A stretch of 64,000 bases of DNA from Candidatus Levyibacteriota bacterium. Lineage in GTDB: Bacteria; Patescibacteriota; Microgenomatia; Levybacterales; UBA12049. The notes under the pieces were generated by a model. That model saw only the letters and a list, made by a program, of their open reading frames with translations. It was not told the origin of the DNA and did not search any database. The position numbers were made by a program, and so were the translations under genes. Below are positions 17,150 to 25,278 of the stretch, in pieces (position 1 is the first letter of the stretch; the number at the start of each line of letters is the position of its first letter). The DNA is taken from positions 9,353-73,352 of the forward strand of contig JACPGP010000016.1 of the NCBI GenBank assembly GCA_016182425.1, written 5' to 3'.

Positions 17150-20100
17150 TTACGCTGCTTTCTTCAATTGTTCTAACTGCTCGTTAAGCATCATATAAAT
17201 AAATGCGGCGATAAGCATAGGAATCAACGATCTACTCATCGCCAATCCAAGGTGGTACCATTCAGCGCCCAATCGTTTCTTTAACTTTTCGTATTGGTGT
17301 TCATTCACAATTCCTGCCGCGTGCACTTCATGCAGAAATGCCTGTATATCCAGCTCGTCCCAGGCCATTTGCCCTCTTCCAAAGGCAACCTGGGCGTATG
17401 AAGCATCTCCAGAAACAAAACCATGAAACTTTCCTATGCCAAGCGGTAGTCTTCCCACCCAATCTTTTTTGTAAAACTTCGCCACGCCTTCTGCTAGATA
17501 CCGCATTGCTTCGCTAGCCACATCTTTGTCGTGTCCGGAGAGTGTGCTATGCATCTCCTTCATTGCCTTAACAATATCGCCCTGGCTTTTATACTCGGTT
17601 AAATTTTGAATAAACTTACCATACAGCCCGGCAGTGGCAACAACAGGCCCAATATCCGCATCCCAACGTCTCTTTATGGTATCGCCGGTAATAGCAGCAT
17701 AATCAAATGCCTCGTGCGGCATATCATCTGTGCCAAAGATAAAGGGTACTTTCCACCCTTTATGCTCAAGGTTATGCATTAACTTATCCATATGTTTTTC
17801 CTTAAACTCACCACGAATATGTTCTGCTAGTGCCTTAACTCGTTCCTCTTGTTCTTGTTGATGGCGATATTCTTCTGTGCCAACAGCTGCGGTCTTTAAT
17901 AAAGCAAAATCTTGGTTTTCAAGTCCTGTGGGAAAATGCAAATTCTCAATTTGCTCTGGAGGCTTTGGTTGTGGTCTGTCTTTTTCCTTTACTTCTCCCC
18001 GCGCAAGACGTTCGTTAAATTCGCGCAGACGTTCGTTAAAATTACGAAGTTCATCACTATCTAGATATTTTTTGTATGCATCAATGCGTCTTCGCAACAA
18101 GCGTTCCTGCACCAGAGCCAAGGCAGCTAAATCATGTTGTAATTCTTTACTTGTAATAATAATTTGTCCGGGAGAATCAGCTTCTTCTTTAATTTGATCT
18201 TTATAATGTTTTCTAAGCACGCCTTGGCGTAAACTGATAAGGTTGTTAAAAAATTTAAGCGGCGTTGTTTTTTCGGCTACTCCAATGGCACTACGAATAA
18301 CTTGTTCAGCTTGTTGCGCCTTGTTCTTATCATCACCAACTAATTCTCCTCTTTTTGCTTCAATCAAAAGCCCAACACCTATCAAAGGATTATTCTCATC
18401 ATATTGCAATAATCGGGCAGTGGCGCTGGCCAGGGTAACCTTATCACCTTTCCATCGCCAACCGGTCTGGGTAAAGATTGAGCCAATATGAAACGGGTTT
18501 TTCATCTGACCAAGCACATCATCTCCCCTATCGTTTACCAAAATATCAAGAATTTCCGATGAAGACATGGCCTTAAACCGTTTTAGCTCCTCTGTCGACC
18601 AAGGACCCCTGTTTCCCTCCAATTTATATCCAAGTATGGCATTTTGCCGTCCTCCCACGTCAAAACGCACTATCTGCTCGAAAAAGGCGATATTTTTTAC
18701 CAAGCCGTTGGCCCACCAGCTGTTTAAGGGGACATTTTTGGTGATGCCGTGCATGGCGGCAATTTCAAAAAACCGCGCCGTGACAATACCCATGCCCCGG
18801 GCAAGCGATATGGCCCGCTTTATCTCCCACTCATCCATGTCTTTTGGCAACACCCCCATGGCTTTTGCCTTTGTGGCCATATCCAACACCAGTTGCTCAA
18901 CCTCACCATATGTCCCATCCGGATTATTAACCATTGCTCTGGCCGGAAGATAACCGCCGTTTTTTGCCACCACCTCCAGCATGGCCTGCTCGTAAAGGCG
19001 CAGCATTGACGCAGTACCCCTTTTGCTAAACGCAATGTGGGCTTCCTCTCCGGCAAAGCGGCTGGCTGCTTTAATAATATCCTCTGCGCCAAAATTCCTG
19101 TTGACATAGTAGGTGATGGTATGAAGGTATTCTCTAAGCGTTTGCTCCCTATTTAACATTCTTTCTATCCGCCGCACCTTTTCCTGCTGATCTGGAGTTA
19201 ATAAATTACCTGACGGCAAAATCTTGTTTTCCGCCGCACGTGCCAACACATTATGGAAATCTCTAATCTCCATATCTCCTCCCGGGCCAATGGCTTCCCG
19301 CCATTCGTGGTCCGAATCCACATCTGCATATTTGAAAAGCCTGCTAAATTCTTTCTCCACTTCTTGCCATTTTCTCCATCCTTCAGTCCCCTCTGCTGCA
19401 TCGGGATCCGCGGCTAAAACGTTATCTATAAGCTGTTTTTGCTGATCTCTTCCCATGCGAATTTCACCGTACAGACCGGGGTGGAGAATTGATGAATCCG
19501 TATCCATCTGCGAACGAAGGGCTTCTTTTAACCATTGTGCTTTTGACAAGAGTTTCTGGGCTTGAGCTGCCTGTTCGTCTGCACCGCCCGCAATGCGAGA
19601 CAATTCATCAATGTACTCATTTAGACGACTACTATTTACCTCTGTCTCTGTTCTTAGATCTGTGTTTGGACTGGTTAATTCTCTGCTTAGCCGGTCTGCA
19701 ATATCACGGACTCCTCCTGTATATGTATTTTGCTCAAGATCAAAATCAGCAAGCGTTTGAGACTTAAAGTATGTCAGCTCCTGCGGCAGCTCATTTCTGC
19801 CCATTCTTTGATCTGCTTCTCTTCTCCTTCTATCACCCCCTTCTCTTCTTTCCTGCTCTGCTTGCCGCGCCGTTTCTTCTTCTCTTATCTGTCTTCTTAC
19901 CACTACCAACCGCTCGGTTACTCTTTCCAAAAGCTGTTCTTGCTGGGCTTGATCAACACCGGTCAGAGAACTTACGCTTCTTCGAAGCTCCTCTAAAATT
20001 TGTAATTGTTCTTGGAAATTGCCATCCGGAATATCCTCCAGCAATCTATTCGCAGTTCGCTCTTGCAGCCGCAGTTGAAAATCGGTAATACCTGTCTCTG

Positions 20101-20758
20101 GTATCCTTGGTGCTTCTCCACTCATGGGGAAAATGCCGTGTTCAATCATCATCTGCTGGGTTCTTCTCTCGTCAAGGGATAAGGTTTTCCCTTTATTTAC
20201 CTCTTCCCAAGCCTTTCTGAGCGGATCGTTTTCTTGTGATATACCCCCGAGAAGTTTTATGTAGAAACGAAGTGCCTCGTCGCCTATTTTTTCGTACAAC
20301 TCATCAACCAAAAAATATTCATACTCTCGTACTAAATCCCTTAGTCCCTTATCAGCTCCTTCTCTATGAAGCTCGTAGCCAAGAACAAACATCTCTTCTG
20401 CCGCTTTTTTAAGCTCGCCTTCATTCCAACTCTCAATTGGTTTCTCTTTTGCTTTCTTTTGAAAGGCCTCTATTTTTGCTCTTTGCTGACTGTTTGCTTC
20501 CTCTAAAATCTCTTTCTGCTGCAATCTGCTACCGATAAATTCTTTCCTCTGTTTTTTGGCGGCTGCTTCTTTCTTACTTCGTTCTTCTTGTTTTTCTTCT
20601 TCTGTTTGTGGCTTTCCGCCTTTTTTACCTGCGGCAGGTATTTGATGTGATTTGAGTATTTCTGGACTTGCTACTGTACCATCTGGCATAAAAATACCTC
20701 CATCTCCATGGTACGCGGTTCGTGGTTGTATTGTCAATCGAACTTCCTGCTCTTTCAT
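17150..20758 (-). CDS. Very large (1202 aa) Glu/Arg/Gln-rich coiled-coil protein with a single C-terminal TM helix; function unknown
   Basis: The ORF is uninterrupted and has no N-terminal signal. The C-terminus reads LGLAMSRSLIPMLIAAFIYMML. It is GC-richer than its surroundings (58% in the line at 18961). Confidence 0.7.
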   Translation of the reverse strand: MKEQEVRLTIQPRTAYHGDGGIFMPDGTVASPEILKSHQIPAAGKKGGKPQTEEEKQEERSKKEAAAKKQRKEFIGSRLQQKEILEEANSQQRAKIEAFQKKAKEKPIESWNEGELKKAAEEMFVLGYELHREGADKGLRDLVREYEYFLVDELYEKIGDEALRFYIKLLGGISQENDPLRKAWEEVNKGKTLSLDERRTQQMMIEHGIFPMSGEAPRIPETGITDFQLRLQERTANRLLEDIPDGNFQEQLQILEELRRSVSSLTGVDQAQQEQLLERVTERLVVVRRQIREEETARQAEQERREGGDRRRREADQRMGRNELPQELTYFKSQTLADFDLEQNTYTGGVRDIADRLSRELTSPNTDLRTETEVNSSRLNEYIDELSRIAGGADEQAAQAQKLLSKAQWLKEALRSQMDTDSSILHPGLYGEIRMGRDQQKQLIDNVLAADPDAAEGTEGWRKWQEVEKEFSRLFKYADVDSDHEWREAIGPGGDMEIRDFHNVLARAAENKILPSGNLLTPDQQEKVRRIERMLNREQTLREYLHTITYYVNRNFGAEDIIKAASRFAGEEAHIAFSKRGTASMLRLYEQAMLEVVAKNGGYLPARAMVNNPDGTYGEVEQLVLDMATKAKAMGVLPKDMDEWEIKRAISLARGMGIVTARFFEIAAMHGITKNVPLNSWWANGLVKNIAFFEQIVRFDVGGRQNAILGYKLEGNRGPWSTEELKRFKAMSSSEILDILVNDRGDDVLGQMKNPFHIGSIFTQTGWRWKGDKVTLASATARLLQYDENNPLIGVGLLIEAKRGELVGDDKNKAQQAEQVIRSAIGVAEKTTPLKFFNNLISLRQGVLRKHYKDQIKEEADSPGQIIITSKELQHDLAALALVQERLLRRRIDAYKKYLDSDELRNFNERLREFNERLARGEVKEKDRPQPKPPEQIENLHFPTGLENQDFALLKTAAVGTEEYRHQQEQEERVKALAEHIRGEFKEKHMDKLMHNLEHKGWKVPFIFGTDDMPHEAFDYAAITGDTIKRRWDADIGPVVATAGLYGKFIQNLTEYKSQGDIVKAMKEMHSTLSGHDKDVASEAMRYLAEGVAKFYKKDWVGRLPLGIGKFHGFVSGDASYAQVAFGRGQMAWDELDIQAFLHEVHAAGIVNEHQYEKLKKRLGAEWYHLGLAMSRSLIPMLIAAFIYMMLNEQLEQLKKAA

Positions 20759-20800
20759 ATGTACAGCAGTTTAGGGCAAATGGTATTGGACTACTTGATA

Positions 20801-20829
20801 TTTACATTACAAACACCTTACAGTATGAT
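20801..20829 (+). promoter_or_regulatory. Promoter overlapped by 11-bp-phased TTACA(A/G) repeats
   Basis: TTTACA (20801-20806), a 17-nt spacer, TATGAT (20824-20829), then 9 nt to ATG 20839. TTACAA, TTACAG and TTACAA start at 20807, 20818 and 20829. Confidence 0.45.
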
Positions 20830-20838
20830 TACAAAGCT

Positions 20839-22023
20839 ATGGAGCGATTCGAAGCATCTTTTCCCGCAGGCTACAGAAAAGATGACATTGCCAAAATTTG
20901 TGGCTTTGTTTTACAGGGCAAATTCTGTCAACTTGTTTGTCCTCCAGGAGGCGGCAAGGCAACGCTTTTGAAATTACTTGCTAATAACCAAAATGTCAGA
21001 AATTACCATTTGGGAAAGCAGGCAGAAACGACATATTTTTTATACCTAAATCTTCTTGAACTCTCTGATTTTACCGAAAGCAGTATCTATAAATTTCTTC
21101 TCTTATCTTTAAGTCGGATGCAGGGAAAAACACTTGATGCTACCTCATTACCATCAGATCCAGTTATACTGTTACAATTACTTAAAGACAGCATTGACGC
21201 AATTACCAATCAGGAAAAAAGGACCCCTGTGTTACTTCTTGACCATTTTGATGAATATCAAAACCATCTCTCCCGTTCTTTTTTCCAGATGCTGCGGAGT
21301 CTTAAAAGCTTAGCAAAGTATCGTTTTTCCGTTGTCTTTGCCACCCGTCGAGACTTAAAAGACTTAGTTGACCCAGAAATATTGAAAGAATTTTATGATT
21401 TTTTTGTCGATAACACTGTGTACATGAAACTATCCGATCCTGTAGCATCTTCTTTTATGTTCGAGAAAATTGAAAAAATTACCGAAAAAAAGTTAAGGCA
21501 AAAAGAAAAAGATGATCTTCTTACGTTAACAGGAGGACATGCAAAACTTCTTAAAGTATGTACAGAAACTGTTTTGCAAGAACAGACAAAAATAACTCTC
21601 GAAGATCTTCTTAAAAAACCGCTTGTCCGTGCAGCATTATTTGAGCTTTGGTACTTTGATAAGAAAATAATCATACCTCTGTTTAGCGCATTTGTTAAAC
21701 AGCTATCAGCAACGGCAAAAGAAGAACATCTTTCTTTCAATGAACAAACAAAAGAAATTATGAAAGGCACAACAGCAATATCGGATCTTTTTTCTCCACA
21801 AGAGTTCCGATTGCTCAAGTTCTTACTCGAAAATAAAGATCGAATTATCGAACGAGAAGAAATTATTGCAACTGTCTGGAGAGATGCAAAAACAACTGCA
21901 GGAGTTACCGAACAAGCCCTAGATCAGCTTATTTTCCGCCTTCGCCACAAAATCGAAGATTATCCAAATAATCCTGGACATCTGCAAACAATAAAGGGCC
22001 GAGGGTTTCGTTTTACCACTTGA
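20839..22023 (+). CDS. P-loop NTPase fused to a C-terminal OmpR/PhoB-type winged-helix DNA-binding domain
   Basis: Walker A is CPPGGGKAT and Walker B-like is VLLLDHFDE. The C-terminus (EREEIIATVWRD...LDQLIFRLRHKIE...IKGRGFRF) is the trans_reg_C pattern. The start is at MERFEAS, because 20722 would overlap the divergent gene. Confidence 0.75.
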   Translation: MERFEASFPAGYRKDDIAKICGFVLQGKFCQLVCPPGGGKATLLKLLANNQNVRNYHLGKQAETTYFLYLNLLELSDFTESSIYKFLLLSLSRMQGKTLDATSLPSDPVILLQLLKDSIDAITNQEKRTPVLLLDHFDEYQNHLSRSFFQMLRSLKSLAKYRFSVVFATRRDLKDLVDPEILKEFYDFFVDNTVYMKLSDPVASSFMFEKIEKITEKKLRQKEKDDLLTLTGGHAKLLKVCTETVLQEQTKITLEDLLKKPLVRAALFELWYFDKKIIIPLFSAFVKQLSATAKEEHLSFNEQTKEIMKGTTAISDLFSPQEFRLLKFLLENKDRIIEREEIIATVWRDAKTTAGVTEQALDQLIFRLRHKIEDYPNNPGHLQTIKGRGFRFTT

Positions 22024-22048
22024 CAGTTTTGTATATTTTGGCTAAAAT
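22020..22048 (+). promoter_or_regulatory. Promoter of the phd-vapC cassette (leaderless type)
   Basis: TTGACA (22020-22025), a 17-nt spacer, TAAAAT (22043-22048), then 7 nt to ATG 22056. Confidence 0.55.
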
Positions 22049-22055
22049 GTATAAT

Positions 22056-22316
22056 ATGAACAATATATCCATTTCTGCCAGCGATCTTAAAAAACATATT
22101 TCTGATGTTCTCAATGACGTCTACTTTCACAAAAAAGTAGCTGTTATAGAACGCTACGGCAAGCCTATAGCCGAAATTGTACCTATAGAAAAAGGTGAAA
22201 CAAAATCATCCAATATTCAAAAGGCCTTAGATGCAACCTTTGGTATTCTACCCGATTTTCCTGACGTAACAAAGTACAGAAGGTCTCGAAAGAAAAAATT
22301 TGTTTTATCTTTATGA
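22056..22316 (+). CDS. Phd/YefM-type antitoxin
   Basis: ISASDLKKHISDVLNDVYFHKKVAVIERYGKPIAEIVPIE. It overlaps vapC by 4 nt (ATGA). Confidence 0.85.
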   Translation: MNNISISASDLKKHISDVLNDVYFHKKVAVIERYGKPIAEIVPIEKGETKSSNIQKALDATFGILPDFPDVTKYRRSRKKKFVLSL

Positions 22317-22699
22317 AATATCTTCTTGACACCGATATTGTCATTAATCATTTAAGAAAAAGGGTGATGATTAACAAAGCAGTGTTGGAAAGCGGGGCGG
22401 CAATTAGTATTATTACCTTAGGAGAACTTCTCTACGGAGCAGAAAAATCAGATAATCCAGAAACGTCAGTAACGATATTAGAAAAAAGTCTAAACATTTT
22501 AGGATTGGAGTTAGTAAATCTTAGTAAGAATATTATGGTAGAATTTGCCAAAATAAAGACCGTGCTTGAAAAAAATGGTATAAGATTGGAAGATTTTGAT
22601 TTACTTATCGCAGCGACTGCTAAAGCTAACTCGCTAACCTTAGTTACAAAAAACCTACACCACTTTACCAGAGTCCCAAACTTACAGATTATCAACTAA
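22313..22699 (+). CDS. vapC: PIN-domain toxin VapC
   Basis: MKYLLDTDIVINHL...LGELLYGAEKS...DLLIAATAKANSLTLVTKN. Confidence 0.9.
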   Translation: MKYLLDTDIVINHLRKRVMINKAVLESGAAISIITLGELLYGAEKSDNPETSVTILEKSLNILGLELVNLSKNIMVEFAKIKTVLEKNGIRLEDFDLLIAATAKANSLTLVTKNLHHFTRVPNLQIIN

Positions 22700-22703
22700 C
22701 TGC

Positions 22704-24056
22704 TTGCATCTTCCCCTCTTTTTGCTCTACGATGGAAGGGTGAGAAAAGTTTTTTCTATTTTTGTTTTCACATTTTTGTTTTTCTTCTTCTCATTATTTT
22801 TCTCATATAACAAGGCGTATGCTACCTGCTTGCTCAATGCAAACCCAGCAAACATTCCTGGAGGCTTTACAGGGGATATCATATTTACCAACAAATGTTT
22901 TACAGACCAAAGTACAAGCTATCAAATTTTGGTGTACCCCACCTGTCTTGATGACAAAACGTGCGAAGACAAAAACAAGCAGCCTTATGAACAGTATAAA
23001 AATTATCAAGATGGCAATTGGAATAAGAGCTCTAACACAGATGCTAGCGCAATCGAGAGCGTATTTGATTTTACTAATGTAAAATATAAAAATGGTGGCT
23101 CATGGAGAGTTAAATTCTGCCATGATTTAGGAAGAGGAGTAATAAATGAAACATGTAGCGTTAGTCAGGGGGGCACTGGCAATAGTGGAGAAGTTGCACA
23201 AGCAACTCTTACTATCTTTGCAGCCCCAACAGCAACGACTATTCCACCAACTCCTACTCCAACACCTCGCCAGGACCTGCCAAAACTTCTTAAAATTCCC
23301 AATCAATGTGTATACCAAATACCCATTAAGGAACTTCTTATAACTGTCACAAATGTCGTACCAAAAACTCATTACTACTGGTGGTGGCTAGGAGAACGCG
23401 GATCAGATTTTGCTATTGCTATTCCAAGTAATAACGATCAAACAATTACAACTTTTACAATACCAGGAAATAGAATCAGCGCTGGAACAAAAGTGCTTTG
23501 TGTCAACCACACCCTAGACGTTAAAGGAATCGATTTACCAGGGTGTAATATAGGTGATCCAAATACCCTCACATTTCAGTTTTCCGTGAGCACTCCAACT
23601 GGAGATCTCACCTGTGACAGAAGTGCAGGAGGAGCACCAATAGTCCCAACCATTAGCGCTCCAGTCCCCTCTGCCACCCCTGTTCCTCCTGCTCTTCTTC
23701 CTTGCGCTGAAGGACTCTCAAATCCAGATGATCCAAAATCAATAACAACAGATAAAGCTCTCATTAAAAAATGTACCAAGATTGACAGTGCGGTAGGACC
23801 AATAGATACAGACCCTGCGGAGTTTATTAAAAAAATCTTTACTGTGCTTTTGAGCATGGCTGGGGGATGGGCGGTATATCTTATTATTACTGCCGGATAC
23901 CAATTAATGTTTTCTCATGGCGAGGCAGAGCAAGTACAAGAAGCCAGAGACAAAATAACCTCGGCCATTGTCGGTCTTGTCTTTATGTTATTATCACTGG
24001 TGATACTACGAGTTATTGGAGTAGATATATTTCAGTTGCCCACATTTGGGCAATAA
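22704..24056 (+). CDS. Secreted Cys-rich passenger domain fused to a C-terminal VirB2/TrbC-like T4SS pilin module
   Basis: A signal-like N-terminus is followed by ~330 aa with PT-rich linkers (PTATTIPPTPTPTP). The pilin module reads LLSMAGGWAVYLIITAGYQLMFSHGEAEQVQEARDKITSAIVGLVFMLLSLVIL and aligns with the three downstream pilins. The start is TTG 22704 or GTG 22740. Confidence 0.65.
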   Translation: MHLPLFLLYDGRVRKVFSIFVFTFLFFFFSLFFSYNKAYATCLLNANPANIPGGFTGDIIFTNKCFTDQSTSYQILVYPTCLDDKTCEDKNKQPYEQYKNYQDGNWNKSSNTDASAIESVFDFTNVKYKNGGSWRVKFCHDLGRGVINETCSVSQGGTGNSGEVAQATLTIFAAPTATTIPPTPTPTPRQDLPKLLKIPNQCVYQIPIKELLITVTNVVPKTHYYWWWLGERGSDFAIAIPSNNDQTITTFTIPGNRISAGTKVLCVNHTLDVKGIDLPGCNIGDPNTLTFQFSVSTPTGDLTCDRSAGGAPIVPTISAPVPSATPVPPALLPCAEGLSNPDDPKSITTDKALIKKCTKIDSAVGPIDTDPAEFIKKIFTVLLSMAGGWAVYLIITAGYQLMFSHGEAEQVQEARDKITSAIVGLVFMLLSLVILRVIGVDIFQLPTFGQ

Positions 24057-24396
24057 AATTATGAAAGATCTTGCGCAAAATATCAAAATAGATGGGAAAC
24101 CCTTTCCTACTATTCAAAGCCTCCAGCCAATTTTTGACCTTGACAAAGAAGATAAATTTGGTACTAATATTTTGGTCTTCGGCGTGTACGTCATGATGGT
24201 TGTGGCAATTCTTTTGGCACTGGGATTTCTGATCTGGGGAGGGATCAGTTGGATTACCTCCGAAGGCGATAAAACCAAGCTGCAATCGGCCCGAAATACT
24301 GTGGTTATGGCTGTCATCGGGTTAATTATTACGCTCCTTGCATTTACGATTGTAAACGTCATCGGCTTCTTTTTTGGCCTGAAGCTTTTTGGGTAG
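24046..24396 (+). CDS. VirB2/TrbC-like T4SS pilin paralogue
   Basis: LALGFLIWGGISWITSEGDKTKLQSARNTVVMAVIGLIITLLAF: two TM helices joined by a short charged loop. Confidence 0.7.
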   Translation: MGNKIMKDLAQNIKIDGKPFPTIQSLQPIFDLDKEDKFGTNILVFGVYVMMVVAILLALGFLIWGGISWITSEGDKTKLQSARNTVVMAVIGLIITLLAFTIVNVIGFFFGLKLFG

Positions 24397-24402
24397 TGGG
24401 GC

Positions 24403-24431
24403 TTGACAAACCAAAAAAACCTGCTTATGAT
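24403..24431 (+). promoter_or_regulatory. Consensus promoter, leaderless type
   Basis: TTGACA (24403-24408), a 17-nt spacer, TATGAT (24426-24431), then 7 nt to ATG 24439. Confidence 0.55.
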
Positions 24432-24438
24432 TAAAGTA

Positions 24439-24846
24439 ATGAAAAAACTTATAGCTTCTATTCCTAGTCTAACTGCTGCGTTCCTCGCATTTCCTCCCAT
24501 TGCCTATGCTCAGAATATAATTGACTGCAACCAACCAGGAGGAGAACAATTCAAGGCGCTTTGTGCGCTTACCTCAACTGATCTTGGAAAACGCCTTAGT
24601 CAAGTTATCACCTTTGCCTTTGTTATTGCCATTATTATTGCTCTTGCCTTTCTTATTTGGGGAGGCATCAAGTGGATTACCTCGGGAGGAGATAAAACTG
24701 GTGTTGAAGAGGCAAGAAATCACGTCATCGCTGCTGTGGTAGGACTTATTATTGTTTTCTTATCTTATTTTATTCTCAACATCGTCGTTTTCTTCTTTAC
24801 CGGAACTAATCTCACCGACATTAAAATCCCAAAATTTAATCCATAA
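24439..24846 (+). CDS. VirB2/TrbC-like T4SS pilin paralogue with signal peptide
   Basis: The leader is MKKLIASIPSLTAAFLAFPPIAYA|QN. It is followed by ALAFLIWGGIKWITSGGDKTGVEEARNHVIAAVVGLIIVFLSY. Confidence 0.75.
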   Translation: MKKLIASIPSLTAAFLAFPPIAYAQNIIDCNQPGGEQFKALCALTSTDLGKRLSQVITFAFVIAIIIALAFLIWGGIKWITSGGDKTGVEEARNHVIAAVVGLIIVFLSYFILNIVVFFFTGTNLTDIKIPKFNP

Positions 24847-24894
24847 TTTTCTTCTCTCGTTGCTATTTTCCTTTTTTTCTGCTACTTTTAACCT

Positions 24895-25227
24895 ATGGCT
24901 CCCACCTGGGATACTTGTGTTGCTATTATTAAAAACGCAAAAACCGACGTTGCTACCCTTGATTGTTTCCCGGTGATTTTCCAGCGTTTTGTTATTGCCG
25001 CATTCTGGTTTGCCGGTATCACGGCTGTTATTATGATCGCCTTTGCCGGAATTAGGATAATTTTAGCCCAAGGCGATGCCAAGAAACTGGAAGGCGCCCG
25101 CCACACCCTTACCTACGCTATTATTGGATTAGTTGTTATTTTTACAGCAGCGCTTATTGTCAACATTGTCGCTTTTGTTACAGATGTAACATGTATCAAT
25201 ACTGCATGGTACAATAACTGTAAATAA
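24895..25227 (+). CDS. VirB2/TrbC-like T4SS pilin paralogue
   Basis: VIMIAFAGIRIILAQGDAKKLEGARHTLTYAIIGLVVIFTAALIVNIV. Confidence 0.65.
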   Translation: MAPTWDTCVAIIKNAKTDVATLDCFPVIFQRFVIAAFWFAGITAVIMIAFAGIRIILAQGDAKKLEGARHTLTYAIIGLVVIFTAALIVNIVAFVTDVTCINTAWYNNCK

Positions 25228-25278
25228 ATAATATAACTATCTCACAAAGAAAAATGGTAAGAAACAACATGTACTGTC

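Noticed and set aside
18006-18040. Direct repeat AGACGTTCGTTAAA at 21-nt period inside the 1202-aa gene
   Set aside because: It is a simple in-frame duplication encoding the two copies of FNERL in LRNFNERLREFNERLARGE within a coiled coil. It is not a separate element.
20722-20838. Longer N-termini from the ORF track for the regulator (20722), dnaA (36555), NUDIX (13465), galE (48729), jag (38007), the pilin (24403) and prgI-like (28388)
   Set aside because: Each extension overlaps a neighbouring gene, a tRNA or its own promoter or DnaA box. In each case an internal ATG sits at the expected distance from a -10 hexamer and restores the family-typical N-terminus.
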